From the IMG/VR virus record IMGVR_UViG_3300031953_000287, positions 1-42,732 of that record: a DNA stretch of 42,732 bases; one strand, given 5' to 3'. This document shows, in pieces, positions 9,862 through 19,906 of the stretch; position 1 is the stretch's first letter, and each line of letters begins with the position of its first letter. This DNA comes from a virus (taxonomy: Duplodnaviria > Caudoviricetes). The position numbers were made by a program, and so were the translations under genes. The notes under the pieces were generated by a model. The model made no database searches. It had not been told where the DNA came from and saw only the letters and a program-made list of their open reading frames with translations.

Positions 9862-10815
9862 CTATACTATTTTGTGCTTGAATATGATAATTCTCACGTT
9901 TGTTGGAGTATATGTCAAAGTCCAATTTGCTGCGGTTGCTAATTCTGCGAATGTTGGTGAATCTGCTGCAACGGTTGCTTCGTTCCATTTAATACCTCTA
10001 GGATGCAAAAGGAAGTGTTGTCTATTGATTAATACATCTTCTCCGGCTAGACTATCTCTATCTGTCTCTGTTGGTACTGGTGCTCCACCTTGACCTAATG
10101 CTATAGCACCTTGACCAAATAAGTAAGTTGTATAAACTCCAGCATCTACTGGGCATTGATCGTCTACTATAACTTTATAACCGATATAAGTTGGAATTTG
10201 AACTTGTGTTTGTGAATCTGTTACAAAATCTATTTCATTGTTTTTCTGTAATTTTGTATAAACCGCGGAGTGCATAGCAATAGCAGTTATTAATTCAGCG
10301 TTTTCCCCAAATTTCTGTTTTGCATCTAAAGTAGTTCCAACGCTGATAACTCCTTCGACACCTGCTAATGCGGATATGTCTAACACGTTTGTAGCTGCTA
10401 AAGTTGTTTCAACACCTTTCAAAGTATTAAATAACGCTTTGCTTCTTTCTCCCATCCAAAATTTAGCAACTCTTGAAGCAATAACACCCATTGGATCATC
10501 ACCGCTTAATGCAGTAGCAAGGTCATTAACTCCCCATGCTTTACCTCTCATGTTCAATCTCGCTAAATCTTTACCACTTGTAATAGCATTTACACTTAAT
10601 GGACCACCATCACTCAACTCTTCTGAATCACCAGTAAGGTCATTCCAGTAAGGCATACTTAATATATTCCCACCTTGTGAAGCAAGTGCATCAAAAGCAG
10701 AATCATTTGCCACGATTCCCGCTTGAATAAATTTGTCTAGTCTATTTGTTTCTTGTACAACGTAAGGATTAAAAACTTCTGGGATTATAATATTTGTTAA
10801 TAGTGTTGCTGCCAT
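9862..10815 (-). CDS. Major capsid protein
   Basis: IIPEVFNPYV..MPYWNDL..RGKAWG..GDDPM..MHSAVY..HPRGIKW. Confidence 0.92.
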   Translation of the reverse strand: MAATLLTNIIIPEVFNPYVVQETNRLDKFIQAGIVANDSAFDALASQGGNILSMPYWNDLTGDSEELSDGGPLSVNAITSGKDLARLNMRGKAWGVNDLATALSGDDPMGVIASRVAKFWMGERSKALFNTLKGVETTLAATNVLDISALAGVEGVISVGTTLDAKQKFGENAELITAIAMHSAVYTKLQKNNEIDFVTDSQTQVQIPTYIGYKVIVDDQCPVDAGVYTTYLFGQGAIALGQGGAPVPTETDRDSLAGEDVLINRQHFLLHPRGIKWNEATVAADSPTFAELATAANWTLTYTPTNVRIIIFKHKIV

Positions 10816-10844
10816 TAATAAAACCACCTTTTTTATTTATTATT

Positions 10845-11456
10845 TTATTTATTTGCCATTAAACTCTTTGCGAGTTCTGGATTTTCTTTTAGCATTTTAC
10901 CTTGAAGTGTAAGATTGAATGTATCTTTTTTCCATGGATTAACTCCACTGTGTTTTGTATTAGTAGAGTTATTAACTTCTCTACCGCCACCCTTAAATCG
11001 TTCCTCTACTGCCTTTTGCACCGCTGCATCAAAATTGCTTTTAAAAGTATCTATATTCGTGTAAGTTATTTCAGCATCTTTAGCAACTAACATATCAATA
11101 AAGCTTATAGGCACTTGCTTATCGGTCATTATCTTTACTGCTTCAAATTTTAACCTTTCATTTTGAAATGACTGTTTGCTTTCCTCTAGCTCCTTTTGTT
11201 GTCTCTCAAAGATAACCTTTTGCTTTTCACTTTCAGAAAGTTTAGCAAGTTTTTCCGCTTCTACTCTTTCAGCCACTAACTTCTCTTTAAATTCTGTTTC
11301 CCATTTTGCCTGTGAAGTTTTAAGTGCCTGTGAAACTCTTTTGTCTGCTTCGCTATTCAATGCCTTTTCATATTCTTCTTTAGTCATTTTTACATCTTCA
11401 TTTTGTACCTCGTCAGATACAACCGTTTCTTCTACATTATCTATTGCTTCACTCAT
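10845..11456 (-). CDS. Capsid scaffolding protein (DUF4355-like)
   Basis: SEADKRVSQAL..AKLSESEK..NPWKKDTFNLT. Confidence 0.85.
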   Translation of the reverse strand: MSEAIDNVEETVVSDEVQNEDVKMTKEEYEKALNSEADKRVSQALKTSQAKWETEFKEKLVAERVEAEKLAKLSESEKQKVIFERQQKELEESKQSFQNERLKFEAVKIMTDKQVPISFIDMLVAKDAEITYTNIDTFKSNFDAAVQKAVEERFKGGGREVNNSTNTKHSGVNPWKKDTFNLTLQGKMLKENPELAKSLMANK

Positions 11457-11522
11457 AATTTTTAACTCCTCCACCCTTATAGTCTTTTACCCCTACAAGT
11501 GCTTACTTTATTTTTGTTAGTT

Positions 11523-11993
11523 TTAAGTCATCCCGGACATAATAAAAAGCCTTATTTCTAAGACTTGTATTCCACACTCTTTATTTTTTTTATTTATATA
11601 TTTAGATAACTCATTCGCTATTTCTTCAATATCAAACTTTGGAAAGTTAACAAATGATTTATTAGGTGTATTGGGATGAGGTGAAGTTGGGTTCTGTGTG
11701 CCAAATGCATTCATATGTGGTTGCATACCTTGTGACATACTATTGCATTTATTAATTTTCTTCTGTTTTTCTATTATTCTGTCTAACTGTGATTCAATAT
11801 CATTAAGACTTTCTTTTAAATCCTCATAGCCTTGTAATGTAACACCTACCGTTAATTCTCCCATACTTTTTGAATTGTTGAATACTTTTGATTCTTTAGG
11901 CGAGTCATATAGTTCTTCGCCATATGAACCATTACGATACGCTTCTTTAGGTAAATCAAATATTCCACCCTTACTCACAATAAAACCTCCCAT
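11523..11993 (-). CDS. Hypothetical protein
   Basis: ORF track; its 3' end runs through a terminator-like hairpin, so the boundaries are uncertain. Confidence 0.45.
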   Translation of the reverse strand: MGGFIVSKGGIFDLPKEAYRNGSYGEELYDSPKESKVFNNSKSMGELTVGVTLQGYEDLKESLNDIESQLDRIIEKQKKINKCNSMSQGMQPHMNAFGTQNPTSPHPNTPNKSFVNFPKFDIEEIANELSKYINKKNKECGIQVLEIRLFIMSGMT

Positions 11994-12006
11994 AATAAAA
12001 GCACCC

Positions 12007-12174
12007 CTAAGGATGCCTTAATAATTCTTTAATATCATAACCTTTGTACATACGTCTTAATTCTAGTTCGATATAGTCCTTTGTAGCCTGTGTAGTGTCC
12101 TTTTGATTGTATACGTGTACTAATATGTTTAATAGCTTTCTTGGTGCGGTAAGTCCTGTTAATTCAATATTCAT
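12007..12174 (-). CDS. Hypothetical 55-aa protein
   Basis: Hand-translated MNIELTGLTAPRKLL..LRHP; RBS AGGTGA. Confidence 0.5.
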   Translation of the reverse strand: MNIELTGLTAPRKLLNILVHVYNQKDTTQATKDYIELELRRMYKGYDIKELLRHP

Positions 12175-12191
12175 ATTATCACCTACTATTA

Positions 12192-12347
12192 TTATAACCT
12201 ATCCAATACAATTCTTTTCCACACTCTTCTTATTTCTTGCATTGTTGAAGTATTAAATTCAACTTGTTGTTCATTTCCACAAACTATACATTTTTCTAAA
12301 TTATAACCTATTAAGTCAGCTCTACCATTACATTCTTTACAACTCAT
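12192..12347 (-). CDS. 51-aa CxxC..CxxC zinc-ribbon protein
   Basis: MSCKECNG..KCIVCG. Confidence 0.5.
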   Translation of the reverse strand: MSCKECNGRADLIGYNLEKCIVCGNEQQVEFNTSTMQEIRRVWKRIVLDRL

Positions 12348-12443
12348 TTACATTCTCACCCCTTGCCCTATACTCAAAAATATAAGCATATACTCATCAT
12401 CAAACATGATTGCAATCGGGAACAAACTCGCTTTTATATACAT
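12348..12443 (-). CDS. 31-aa small protein
   Basis: RBS AGGAGG; MYIKASLFPIAIMFDDEYMLIFLSIGQGVRM. Confidence 0.4.
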   Translation of the reverse strand: MYIKASLFPIAIMFDDEYMLIFLSIGQGVRM

Positions 12444-12462
12444 GCTAATTTCCTCCTATCTA

Positions 12463-12505
12463 TTTAATACCTTTAAGTTCTTTCCACTCCATGTAATTCA
12501 TCTGT
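12463..12505. repeat. 43-bp direct repeat (37/43 with 12997-13039): relic of the gp7 3' end
   Basis: Encodes QMNYMEWKELKGIK; the other copy encodes QMNYTEWKALKGIKQ; gp7 ends IPSTTYPEWKKFKNIV. Confidence 0.8.
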
Positions 12506-12512
12506 GGAATAT

Positions 12513-12538
12513 AAAAAAGACACCCTTGTGAGCGTCTT
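12513..12538 (-). terminator. Intrinsic terminator of cassette 1
   Basis: AAGACGCTC-ACAA-GGGTGTCTT followed by a T-run. Confidence 0.75.
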
Positions 12539-12680
12539 AATTGATTCTAATTGCAACTTTTATATTTACATTTTTAGTTATGAATTTTATATAGCTTGAA
12601 ATATCTAATCCCAGTTCAGCTGCATCTTCTTTTATCTTGGAGTATTCTTCATTTGTTAATCTTACGTTTAGAGTAGCCAT
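12537..12680 (-). CDS. 47-aa ribbon-helix-helix protein (cassette 1)
   Basis: MATLNVRLTNEEYSKIKEDAAELGLDISSYIKF..; starts 2 nt after the upstream stop. Confidence 0.75.
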   Translation of the reverse strand: MATLNVRLTNEEYSKIKEDAAELGLDISSYIKFITKNVNIKVAIRIN

Positions 12681-12682
12681 TA

Positions 12683-12892
12683 TTAAACACCAAATATTGA
12701 ATTTTCTTCTACACATTCTGGTGCTTTTATTTCTATGTGTATTTTATCAAGTAGCATTGCTAATTCTTCTTTTTCTATTAACATTGCATCAAATGTTTCT
12801 TTATCCATTGTAGCCACTTCATTGTTAATATTTTCTCTTGCTTCATATAAATTGTTGTATATAACTCTCAATTCTGTTTTATTAAATTCCAT
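12683..12892 (-). CDS. 69-aa acidic protein ending EENSIFGV (cassette 1)
   Basis: ORF track; RBS GAGGGG; own promoter. Confidence 0.75.
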   Translation of the reverse strand: MEFNKTELRVIYNNLYEARENINNEVATMDKETFDAMLIEKEELAMLLDKIHIEIKAPECVEENSIFGV

Positions 12893-12938
12893 TTTTAATA
12901 TCCCCTCTCATGTAGGTTATTTCCTAACCTCTAAGTAT

Positions 12939-12967
12939 ATTGTACTGCTAATTGCATTACATGTCAA
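12939..12967 (-). promoter_or_regulatory. Sigma-A promoter with overlapping inverted-repeat operator (cassette 1)
   Basis: TTGACA-17-TACAAT; TGTAATGC-N5-GCAGTACA at 12941-12961. Confidence 0.8.
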
Positions 12968-12996
12968 GAGTTATTTAAAATATATTTTATTTATTG

Positions 12997-13039
12997 TTTA
13001 ATGCCTTTAAGTGCTTTCCACTCTGTATAATTCATTTGT
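12997..13039. repeat. 43-bp direct repeat, second relic of the gp7 3' end
   Basis: 37/43 identity with 12463-12505. Confidence 0.8.
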
Positions 13040-14105
13040 TAATAGTTAAGATGTATTCTTTCAACTGTTCTTCTGTATTATTTCTAGTCCCATACGCATG
13101 ATGGAAACTGCCTTTAACACATGGGTTGTGGCAATTATTGCATAATGTTATACCATTCTCTAAGTCAAGTCTTAATTCTTTATACTTTGAAAAGTTATAT
13201 ATGTGGTGTGCTTGTAAATTGCCACCTCTTTTGTCTCCACAACATTGACAAGTATAATTATCTCTTTTGAATATTTCTTTTCTCCATGATGTAACTTTAT
13301 AATTTTGTCTTTCGTTGTTTGTTGTTGTTATCATTTTATCCCAGGTGCAAAATTTACAACCAATTCTTTCAGAAAGTTTATTATATGACCTATATTGTAT
13401 ACCTACTTTTTTATGGTTAGGACATATATAAGCCAAAGGTGTACTTGCGTTAATATAATTTTTATCTATAAGTATCAAGCCGGCTTTAGTAAAAGCACTC
13501 TTAACTGTCTTATAATCTAATTTTTGTTTTAAATGTGCTTTATGTGCAGAACATTTAGGGCATAAAAAATCTTTTTTTAAAGGCGCTTTACCCTCATAAC
13601 CGCATTCATAACAAACAAAGTCTATTTCTGTATAACCTTTTTTAATAATTCTTTTTTTAAGCATCATCCTATTCTCATATAATCTGTTTGAAATTTCTTC
13701 ATTAGTAATTCTCCTAGCAGATACTTTTCCTATATGGTAAGCCTTGAAAATTTTCCCCATTGCTTTTCTTCTCTTGGGATTGTTTTCCCATTGTGTTTTT
13801 ATAGCTTCTCCGCCTTGTCTTATAGGCACGTTATAATAAGTTAAAAAGCTTTTAACACTTCTGTTATTTTTAGTTTCTAACAATTTCATTATTTCCCTAA
13901 ATGATAATCTTTCGTTTACATATTTTTCAGTAATCCATTTTCCCATGTCTGCTATATTAAACTTTGTTTCATATTTTTTTATAGTTTCTATTGTCATAAA
14001 ATTACCTTTACATTTATGAGAACAAAAATGGTTTTTATATTCTTTTAGCTTCGAATTAGAAATTTTAATCTCTTTTTTACAATAATCACATTCTGTAAAC
14101 GGCAT
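13032..14105 (-). CDS. HNH homing endonuclease with multiple Zn-finger/DNA-binding repeats
   Basis: WRKEIFKRDNYTCQCCG..LQAHHI..NGITLCNNCH. Confidence 0.88.
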   Translation of the reverse strand: MPFTECDYCKKEIKISNSKLKEYKNHFCSHKCKGNFMTIETIKKYETKFNIADMGKWITEKYVNERLSFREIMKLLETKNNRSVKSFLTYYNVPIRQGGEAIKTQWENNPKRRKAMGKIFKAYHIGKVSARRITNEEISNRLYENRMMLKKRIIKKGYTEIDFVCYECGYEGKAPLKKDFLCPKCSAHKAHLKQKLDYKTVKSAFTKAGLILIDKNYINASTPLAYICPNHKKVGIQYRSYNKLSERIGCKFCTWDKMITTTNNERQNYKVTSWRKEIFKRDNYTCQCCGDKRGGNLQAHHIYNFSKYKELRLDLENGITLCNNCHNPCVKGSFHHAYGTRNNTEEQLKEYILTINK

Positions 14106-14149
14106 AATATCAACTCCCTACCTATATTATACCACATCTACAATTGATA

Positions 14150-15079
14150 CTAAACAATATTTTTAAATTTTTTCCATTCCGGGTAAGTTGTGGATGGTAT
14201 TAATATCGTTTTGCCTTGCTCGTCTCTAGTTGCCCTTAGTTTTGGTGAAAGTCCATCTATTTCATAATACATTGAACAGCGACAATTCACGTCATCCGAA
14301 GCATTTGATAGGCTCCCGGGCGCTAACCCATAACCACCTATGTCGGATTTGAAATTCTCATTAACTCCAATCTTTTTACCATCTAAACTCTGATGTGAAT
14401 TTCTAGTCTTACTGTCAAGTGTAGCATCCCACACCTTAAGCATTACTATTCCCATTGCATCCGCTTTTATCCCAGCTTCTAGTCTACCTTGATTTAATAC
14501 TCTGTGCGTTTCTGTTTGCGCAACTCTAATTGCCTTACTTGCATCACCATCAAGCTTACTTTTAATTCTCTTTGCTATCTTGCCATAACCCTCACCCCTA
14601 ATAAGCCCTTGTGTGACCTCTGACTTGATATTGATTATAATGTCACCTCTATGCTTTTCTAATCGTTCTGATAGAGTCAAGCCCGATATAGGGTTTTCAA
14701 TTGAAGCGGTTATTGTGTCCATATTAATCATAGCAAACTTTAAATTAATCATTGCTTCTGTTTCTATAGCATACCCAGCTCCTAGATAGGCTTCATTGTA
14801 TACATTGTGCAATAAGCCTTTAATACCTTTACCATTACTTTTATAAACCTTGTCTAGTTTCTTACTTAGTTCATCATTCAAAGCCTTTAGGCGGTTATAT
14901 TTAGCCATTTCGCTATATGATAAAGTTCCATCCTTAGAATACTTTTCATAATACATTGCTAACGAACTTCGCATTTCTTTTAAGGCTTTTGAGAACTCTT
15001 TTATAATTTCTTTCTGTGTGTTTTTGCTCATTTTTTCGATTGCTATATCTGTTGCGGATAACTTGCTATTGAGTGACAT
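14150..15079 (-). CDS. Minor head morphogenesis protein (SPP1 gp7 / Mu gpF family)
   Basis: RVAQTETHRV..KVWDATLDSKTRNSHQSLDG..VNCRC. Confidence 0.92.
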   Translation of the reverse strand: MSLNSKLSATDIAIEKMSKNTQKEIIKEFSKALKEMRSSLAMYYEKYSKDGTLSYSEMAKYNRLKALNDELSKKLDKVYKSNGKGIKGLLHNVYNEAYLGAGYAIETEAMINLKFAMINMDTITASIENPISGLTLSERLEKHRGDIIINIKSEVTQGLIRGEGYGKIAKRIKSKLDGDASKAIRVAQTETHRVLNQGRLEAGIKADAMGIVMLKVWDATLDSKTRNSHQSLDGKKIGVNENFKSDIGGYGLAPGSLSNASDDVNCRCSMYYEIDGLSPKLRATRDEQGKTILIPSTTYPEWKKFKNIV

Positions 15080-16424
15080 TTGTATCAACTACTTTATCTA
15101 AGTTAACTGTATCATCCTTTTGTTCCTCTGCTATTGTGTCCATCTCATATTGTATATCTTCGACGAATGGTAACTGTGCAAGTAGTGTCCTGTCAGATAC
15201 AATACCTTTGAACTTAGTTGCTACATCACCCAAATAAGAGAGGTCTACTGGTATACTTCTTTTAAATGTGAAAAATAGATCCAAATAATTCAGCGGAACT
15301 CCTTTAGTATTCCAAGCACTACAAATAACTTTAAACATTTCTCTTAATCCAGTACCAAACTTTCTTTCTTTTGTAATTGCTTTAAATTCTAATACTAATA
15401 GTTTCCACTTTCTACTCTCACCACTCATAGTAGCACCGGAGAATGTTTCGTCTGACATATCAACACTTGAACTAAATTTATATATGTTTTCGTTTAAAGT
15501 TCTTTTATGATCCTCTAAAAATGTATTGTTAATGTTTTTAGTGATAAACCCGGCATCCGCATTTTCCGGCAAACTAAAGGCTCCTGTGTTTTGTGCTTGT
15601 AGTTTAGTTTCTGCATCTATTTCACACCCTATAAACTTCATATACGCTAATCTAAATTCTTCTAATTCATTTTGACTATCAGAAACTATCCTATCATAGC
15701 TATCAATTAAGTTTTCTACCTTGTCACAATCGCCCTGTTCTTCACTGTTATTTAAAAACTCTATAATGGGCATATAAGCAAATTGGTGTGCTTTTTCTTC
15801 TACAACAACAAAGTCTGATTCTCCATTGTTAGAATAAGTAACAAATTTAGTACTATCATAGAACTCTACATTTGTAACCTCTTTACCCTCGACATTAAAT
15901 GTATTGTAAATATAAAATGCGTATTCTATATCGTTCTTATTATTTTTAAGTGCGATAACATCCCAAGGATTAATATTAATAACCTTTTCAAATCCCTCTA
16001 AGTCGATATAACACAGCCTGTAAGCTTTCCCACATATGGCTTGAAGCTTTCCTGTCTCACTGTCTAAATCAGCAAGGTTATTCATTACATTAAATTCGCT
16101 TAACTTTAAATTAAGTGTTTCAAAGGTACTATCATTATATAGTGCTTTGTCTATTTGATAACTAATAGGCTTACCGAATACATAACCCATTGATTGCAAA
16201 ACAATAGTTCCTCTATAATCATCATTTATTTTATTATTAACTTTTGTAGCATCATCGAACTTTCTATCCTGGATAAGAAGTTCCTCTGCTTTGAATTGAC
16301 TATATTTCTTTTTTAAATTAGCACTAACAAATGCAAAATCTTCTAATAACTCTTTTAACATTTCAGAGTTCATTGGTAAACCCGATTTTAATTGTGCTAA
16401 TATTTTGCTTTGTATATCTGTCAC
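15066..16424 (-). CDS. SPP1-type portal protein
   Basis: NNKI..GYVFGKPI..PIIEFLNN..LIDSYD..SGESRKWKL. Confidence 0.93.
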   Translation of the reverse strand: MTDIQSKILAQLKSGLPMNSEMLKELLEDFAFVSANLKKKYSQFKAEELLIQDRKFDDATKVNNKINDDYRGTIVLQSMGYVFGKPISYQIDKALYNDSTFETLNLKLSEFNVMNNLADLDSETGKLQAICGKAYRLCYIDLEGFEKVININPWDVIALKNNKNDIEYAFYIYNTFNVEGKEVTNVEFYDSTKFVTYSNNGESDFVVVEEKAHQFAYMPIIEFLNNSEEQGDCDKVENLIDSYDRIVSDSQNELEEFRLAYMKFIGCEIDAETKLQAQNTGAFSLPENADAGFITKNINNTFLEDHKRTLNENIYKFSSSVDMSDETFSGATMSGESRKWKLLVLEFKAITKERKFGTGLREMFKVICSAWNTKGVPLNYLDLFFTFKRSIPVDLSYLGDVATKFKGIVSDRTLLAQLPFVEDIQYEMDTIAEEQKDDTVNLDKVVDTNVTQ

Positions 16425-16451
16425 TTAATCACCCCTTTTGCTTTGCATATA

Positions 16452-16781
16452 TTAATTACTCATTAAAAATCCTTCATCTTTGAAAGCATCTGCTACAAGT
16501 TCATAATAAGAATCAACTTTCATTTTAGGTCCTTTTAAAATTCTTTTTAAACTTTCCTCATTTTCAGCAACTACTATATGTCTTTCGTTCTTTTCCATAA
16601 CAAAATAATATTTCATTTTAACACCCCTCTGTTGTATTTTATTAATAGTTTCCCATATTGCTAAATTATCTACATCTTTGTTAGCTTCTAAATCTTTTAT
16701 TCTATCTTCTAATAAACTAATTCTTTCTATTTGTATAGTGATTACTTCTGATAATGTTCTTTTTCTAATTGGTACATCCAT
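16452..16781 (-). CDS. Hypothetical protein with a possible second in-frame start at 16616
   Basis: RBS-like AGGGGTG before both ATG 16781 and ATG 16616. Confidence 0.5.
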   Translation of the reverse strand: MDVPIRKRTLSEVITIQIERISLLEDRIKDLEANKDVDNLAIWETINKIQQRGVKMKYYFVMEKNERHIVVAENEESLKRILKGPKMKVDSYYELVADAFKDEGFLMSN

Positions 16782-17010
16782 AATTAACACCCCTTTTATC
16801 ATTTCTAATTGAGAATATCACCCTATAAACTACATATATGCAATTAAATTCTTACCCAAGGATGGTAGAACCTCACTAAACCCTTTAAAATAGCCATTCT
16901 ATATTTTATAAAAACGTCGTGAAATAGGTTATTTCACGTCGTTATGCAAAACGTACAGTTTCAACCCGTATGTTTTTATATTAAATTATCGCATTTACAT
17001 ATCCCAAGCA

Positions 17011-17757
17011 CTAGCTAGTAGCTTTTCTAACTGCGACAATTCTCTCATTCGCTATATTAAAATAGCCTGTATCAAGTTCAAACCCTATAAATCTACGGTT
17101 TGTATTAATGCAAGCTATCATTGTACTGGCTGAACCACAACAATTATCTAAAATCGTTTCATTTTCTTCACTATACGTTTTTATTAAATATTCTAATAGT
17201 GGTACTGGTTTTTCAGTTGGATGCATTGGCTTCCTAACTACTCCAAATTCCAAAATATCTCTTGGGTAATTCTCGTATTTTTGAACAGAATTCTTTGTAG
17301 CAATACCGTAATTTGTTCCACCGGCGCCTCTATCCTTTTTGCCTCTACTACCTTTGTTAATAGTAGGTACAGCCTTTTCAATTAATCCTTGAGGATTATA
17401 TATAGGTATTTTTTTATAAAAAATCAATATGTTTTCATGTGCCTTTAAAGGCATTTTCTTTGAGTTTAAAAATCCTGTTGATTTATTTTTCTTCCATATC
17501 CACTCATATTTTAACTGTTTTAAATTACTATTTCCAAGTGTTTTATCGAAAGGAGTTTGAGCAAATAAAGCAATACAACCATTTTCTTTTATTATTCTTT
17601 CGTATTGTTTCCATAAAAGAGGTAAATTAATAACGGAATCCCATTTATTTTGAGTAGTTCCATAAGGTAAATCACATAATATCATATCAATAGATTTATC
17701 AGCAATATCTTTCATACCCTCTAAACAATCCATATTATATATCTTATCAAGTTCCAA
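17011..17757 (-). CDS. N6-adenine/N4-cytosine DNA methyltransferase (beta class), orphan
   Basis: DLPYG..HPTEKP..ILDNCCGSAST. Confidence 0.92.
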   Translation of the reverse strand: MELDKIYNMDCLEGMKDIADKSIDMILCDLPYGTTQNKWDSVINLPLLWKQYERIIKENGCIALFAQTPFDKTLGNSNLKQLKYEWIWKKNKSTGFLNSKKMPLKAHENILIFYKKIPIYNPQGLIEKAVPTINKGSRGKKDRGAGGTNYGIATKNSVQKYENYPRDILEFGVVRKPMHPTEKPVPLLEYLIKTYSEENETILDNCCGSASTMIACINTNRRFIGFELDTGYFNIANERIVAVRKATS

Positions 17758-17771
17758 TTAATCACCTCATT

Positions 17772-19028
17772 TTAATATAATGACTTGGCAGCTTTTACTT
17801 TAGTGGACTTGTTAACATCTTCAAGCGCATATCTTAAAGCATCTAAAATATGATTCTCTCTATCCACCGGAATAGGTAATACATTTCCGTTTTTATCTTC
17901 TTTCCATTTATATTTACTAAATTCTGATTTTGTATTAACACACCTAGGATGTATTATTATTTCTAATCCTTGTAAAAACTTAATACCATATTCAATACTT
18001 CCAGGACCTTTCTTTGCACTTGCTGCATTAACTCTTAAACGTCTAAAGTCAGCCACGGATTTTGGCTCTGATCCATCACATACAACTCTTTCTTTACCTA
18101 TTATATCTAATACTAGCGGTGCTGATTCTTCATTCAATAACCCTTGCACTTCTAATTCATGGCATATATAAAGCCTTTTCCTAGTTTTATCATAATGACT
18201 TCTTATAAATGCAAACGGATCATCACTAAAACCCCAGTCAATTCCATTGTAGTAATTATCAAATGTACTTTCTAACTCTGTAAAATCTTCTACTTTCCAA
18301 TTCTTGAATATTACTGCTCCTAATACACCCCAGTTTCCAAGCGTATATACGGAATAGTAATATAAGTCGCTCTCATTCTCTAGTGCGCTTATATCGTCTT
18401 TAGTGAGGAATGAGTTATCTTTGTATATGGTTTTCAGTATACTTGTATCATTCTTTTCTACATACTTCTTATCATCCTCCCATATATCAAAGTAATTAGT
18501 ATATATCCAGTGATCCTTAAGTATAGGATTGAAACTTAATGTCATTCTCTTTTTAAATTTACTACGACCTCTAAGCCTTTTATCTAATTGTTTAACATCT
18601 TTGTATAAACACTCAGTGCTTTCCTCGATCCAAATATCTGTCAAAACTCCATCTATAGGAGTGATACTTTTAATTTTTTCTACATCATCTAAACCTGCGA
18701 ATAGTATTTGTTTATTATTTAAAGTACAAGTAATAATAAGATCTGTTTTATTAATAGTAAAATACCCACCTAATTTAAAACTACTTATAGCTTTTGTTAT
18801 TTCATTTAGACATGAGCGTTTTATAGTAGCTTGAACATTTCTAACTACTAAGTAATTACGTCCATTGATAACGTCTAATATAGTTCTTTGTGCTAGACTA
18901 TAAGACTTACCGCTACTCGACCCGCCATAATATATCTGATAACGGTTTTGATTCTTTAGCTGATACTTTAAATAAATTTTATTGAATACTTTTGCGTTTA
19001 TGTCTAAGTTAATCAAGTTCCTCACCAT
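17772..19028 (-). CDS. terL: Terminase large subunit (PBSX family)
   Basis: YGGSSSGKS Walker A; IWIEE; SFNP; GIDWGF; NHILDALRYA. Confidence 0.95.
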   Translation of the reverse strand: MVRNLINLDINAKVFNKIYLKYQLKNQNRYQIYYGGSSSGKSYSLAQRTILDVINGRNYLVVRNVQATIKRSCLNEITKAISSFKLGGYFTINKTDLIITCTLNNKQILFAGLDDVEKIKSITPIDGVLTDIWIEESTECLYKDVKQLDKRLRGRSKFKKRMTLSFNPILKDHWIYTNYFDIWEDDKKYVEKNDTSILKTIYKDNSFLTKDDISALENESDLYYYSVYTLGNWGVLGAVIFKNWKVEDFTELESTFDNYYNGIDWGFSDDPFAFIRSHYDKTRKRLYICHELEVQGLLNEESAPLVLDIIGKERVVCDGSEPKSVADFRRLRVNAASAKKGPGSIEYGIKFLQGLEIIIHPRCVNTKSEFSKYKWKEDKNGNVLPIPVDRENHILDALRYALEDVNKSTKVKAAKSLY

Positions 19029-19464
19029 CTATTTTAATAACTACATTATTGTCTAAGGCTCCACTCATTTCGATATCTCGTTTATCTCTCCACTCTTTAG
19101 GTTTACGATTCTTTAACCAAAATATTTGAGCGGTAGTATCGGGAACATAATGCTTTGTGACCCTCTTAGTGACTTCTAAGGCAGTTTCTTTTGTTTCAGT
19201 ATTATATACTGGTTCTTTTGTTACTTCTTCATAGTCATAACCCATAGCACGCTTTAATAGCTTTTGTTCTACTTCGTAGTCTATTACTTCTTTACCGCGT
19301 TTTAGGGCTTCTCTTAAATCCTCATGTTCTACTTTATATCTTGAAAATGTTGACATTACTACATTTAATTTCTTTGCTATTTCAATTTCGATTAGCCCAT
19401 CCTTACACCAATTCTCTATAAGAGGTAACTTTTCTTTTACTGATTCCCATTTACTTTTACCCAA
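19009..19464 (-). CDS. terS: Terminase small subunit
   Basis: N-terminal HTH; LLKRAMGY..PDTTAQIFWLKNRKP..WRDK. Confidence 0.85.
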   Translation of the reverse strand: MGKSKWESVKEKLPLIENWCKDGLIEIEIAKKLNVVMSTFSRYKVEHEDLREALKRGKEVIDYEVEQKLLKRAMGYDYEEVTKEPVYNTETKETALEVTKRVTKHYVPDTTAQIFWLKNRKPKEWRDKRDIEMSGALDNNVVIKIDGEELD

Positions 19465-19810
19465 TGAACTAACCCTCCTTTTATTTGTTCCTTAAATCAT
19501 CTAATACCTCTGTTCTATCTTCATAAGTAGTTGTTGAAGTTTTTAATTGATTCAAGGCTTCATTAATATTTTCTAATACTTTTATTCTATCTGCTAACAT
19601 ATTCATACCAATTGTTAGTGTTCTAATTATTCTTTTTGTTTCACCATCCATATTAACAGCCCCTTATTTCTTTTTAAAAATTATTTTAAGTGAATGAACT
19701 TCTAAATTAAAATTAAACTTACCTACTTTTATATTAATTGTTATGCCCTTCCATATCATAATAAGTAATATCGAATATAGTATAATTTTTATAATGTTTA
19801 CCACCTCTAT

Positions 19811-19906
19811 CTAATTTATAAATAACAATGTAAATACTAATGCTAAACTTAATAATGCATTAATAGCTGGTAATATCATATCTTTGTTCCTTTGAAATAT
19901 ATTCAT
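19811..19906 (-). CDS. 31-aa single-TM peptide
   Basis: RBS AAGGAG; MNIFQRNKDMILPAINALLSLALVFTLLFIN. Confidence 0.45.
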   Translation of the reverse strand: MNIFQRNKDMILPAINALLSLALVFTLLFIN

